Positions 62,894-64,000 of a stretch of 64,000 bases of DNA are shown here, one piece after another (the first letter of the stretch is position 1; each line of letters opens with the position of its first letter). Location: contig JBAZYR010000006.1 of assembly GCA_041659225.1 (NCBI GenBank), positions 1,541 through 65,540 of the forward strand, read 5' to 3'. The notes beneath the pieces are model-generated. The model was not told where the DNA came from, did no database searches, and saw only the letters and a list, made by a program, of their open reading frames with translations. The position numbers and the translations under genes were made by a program. This DNA is from Candidatus Staskawiczbacteria bacterium. Its GTDB lineage: Bacteria > Patescibacteriota > Minisyncoccia > Minisyncoccales > Staskawiczbacteraceae.

Positions 62894-64000
62894 ATGGCTA
62901 AAGATAATAAAAACAAAGCATGGATAATAGATGTGAATATGGGCTACGGCCACCAGAGAACCGCTTTTCCATTAAAAGATTTGAGCGCCAACTCTATTAT
63001 CAATGCTAATAGTTATGAGGGGATTCCGGAGAAGGATAAATTGATTTGGGAAAGCAGTAGAAGTTTTTATGAGTTTATCTCCAACACGAAGCGCGTTCCT
63101 TTAATCGGAAATTTCATTTTTTCCATTTTCGACAAATTCCAAAAAATTCTGCTTTACTATCCCAAAAGAGATTTGTCTCGTTCTAATTTCGGCTTGAAAA
63201 AAACCTTCTCTTTAATCAAAAGCGGGTGGGGGGAGAACTTAATCAATACTCTCAAGGGAAACCCTTTGCCAATTGTCAGCACCTTTTTTATCCCTGCCTT
63301 CATGGCAGAGCATTTTAATTACCCCAATTCTATTTACTGCGTTATTTGTGACGCAGATATTGCCCGGACCTGGGTTCCTGTGGACCCCCTGAAAAGCGAT
63401 ATTAAATATTTTGCGCCTTGCCACTGGGTTGTAGACAGATTGAAGCTTTACGGGGTGAAAAAAGAAGACGTGTTTTTAACCGGTTATCCCCTGCCTAAAG
63501 AGAACGTAGGTTCGGATGGGGAAATCGCGAGAAAGGATTTAGCTTATCGTCTTTTAAATCTTGATCCTAAAAAACAGTATTCTAAAATGTATTATCCTGT
63601 TATTGAAGACTATGTCGGCAAGCTGCCTGGCAGGCCGAACCATCCGCTGACAATAATGTTTTCGATAGGCGGGGCAGGCGCTCAGAAAGAAATAGCGATT
63701 AAAATAGCAGATGGGTTGAGAACGAAGATAAAAAGAGGAAAAGTAAAATTGATTATTTCCGCCGGCACTAAAGAAAACGTACGGGACTATGTAGTCGAAA
63801 ATCTAAAAGAAAAAGGGTTTGGAAAAGATATTGATAAGAATATTGAAATAATCTTCGGAAAAAATATCAAAGACTATTTCACAAAATTCAATAAGAAATT
63901 GAGAAAAACGGATATTCTTTGGACAAAACCGTCCGAGCTTTCTTTCTATTCTGGCCTCGGCATCCCGGTTATTATCGCTCCGACAATCGGCTCTCAGGAA
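62894..64000 (+). CDS. GT-B glycosyltransferase, MGDG-synthase/UgtP (GT28)-like, partial (runs off the window end)
   Basis: This frame is open for 369 codons from ATG 62894 to the window edge, which is why the ORF track misses it. DVNMGYGHQRTA near the N-terminus, SIGGAGAQKE, and TKPSELSFYSGLGIPVIIAPTIGSQE resemble the UgtP/MGDG synthase pattern. Confidence 0.55.
   Translation, partial: MAKDNKNKAWIIDVNMGYGHQRTAFPLKDLSANSIINANSYEGIPEKDKLIWESSRSFYEFISNTKRVPLIGNFIFSIFDKFQKILLYYPKRDLSRSNFGLKKTFSLIKSGWGENLINTLKGNPLPIVSTFFIPAFMAEHFNYPNSIYCVICDADIARTWVPVDPLKSDIKYFAPCHWVVDRLKLYGVKKEDVFLTGYPLPKENVGSDGEIARKDLAYRLLNLDPKKQYSKMYYPVIEDYVGKLPGRPNHPLTIMFSIGGAGAQKEIAIKIADGLRTKIKRGKVKLIISAGTKENVRDYVVENLKEKGFGKDIDKNIEIIFGKNIKDYFTKFNKKLRKTDILWTKPSELSFYSGLGIPVIIAPTIGSQE

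Noticed and set aside
1-64000. CRISPR arrays, rRNA genes, transposases/IS elements, prophage blocks
   Set aside because: None seen. There are no regularly spaced direct repeats, no rRNA-like conserved stretches and no integrase/transposase/capsid-like ORFs in either the track or the gaps.

Overview
AT-rich (about 39% GC by hand count on native genes), tightly packed bacterial chromosome segment. It is dominated by housekeeping genes: six aminoacyl-tRNA synthetases (argS, ileS, glyQS, metG, leuS, hisS), infC-rpmI-rplT, smpB plus tmRNA, ftsA/ftsZ, topA, mfd, relA/spoT, nrdD/nrdG, glyA, pth, lepB, recO and dprA. Gene content suggests a reduced Patescibacteria/CPR-like genome, but that is inference only: Elp3 plus a Trm9-like methyltransferase, EndoQ, PolX, many membrane-anchored orphans and standard code 11. 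I found two tRNAs (Arg-CCG, Leu-CAA), one tmRNA, no rRNA, no CRISPR, and no transposase or integrase. Two things stand out. (1) A complete diversity-generating retroelement (DGR) at 58.3-61.3 kb. It has a target gene with a C-terminal VR, a TR copy differing almost only at TR adenines, an antisense Avd-like gene and a DGR-type reverse transcriptase. The layout is atypical and the target looks cytoplasmic and non-lectin-like. (2) A dispersed set of strongly GC-rich (about 60%) stand-alone orphan cassettes, each with its own near-consensus promoter, SD and hairpin terminator, wedged between unrelated AT-rich housekeeping genes. The DGR target is one of them, and one cassette (29.66-30.06 kb) is invisible in the ORF track. 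I also found an orphan structured sRNA candidate and several smaller oddities. All product calls come from motif recognition by eye; no database search was possible.
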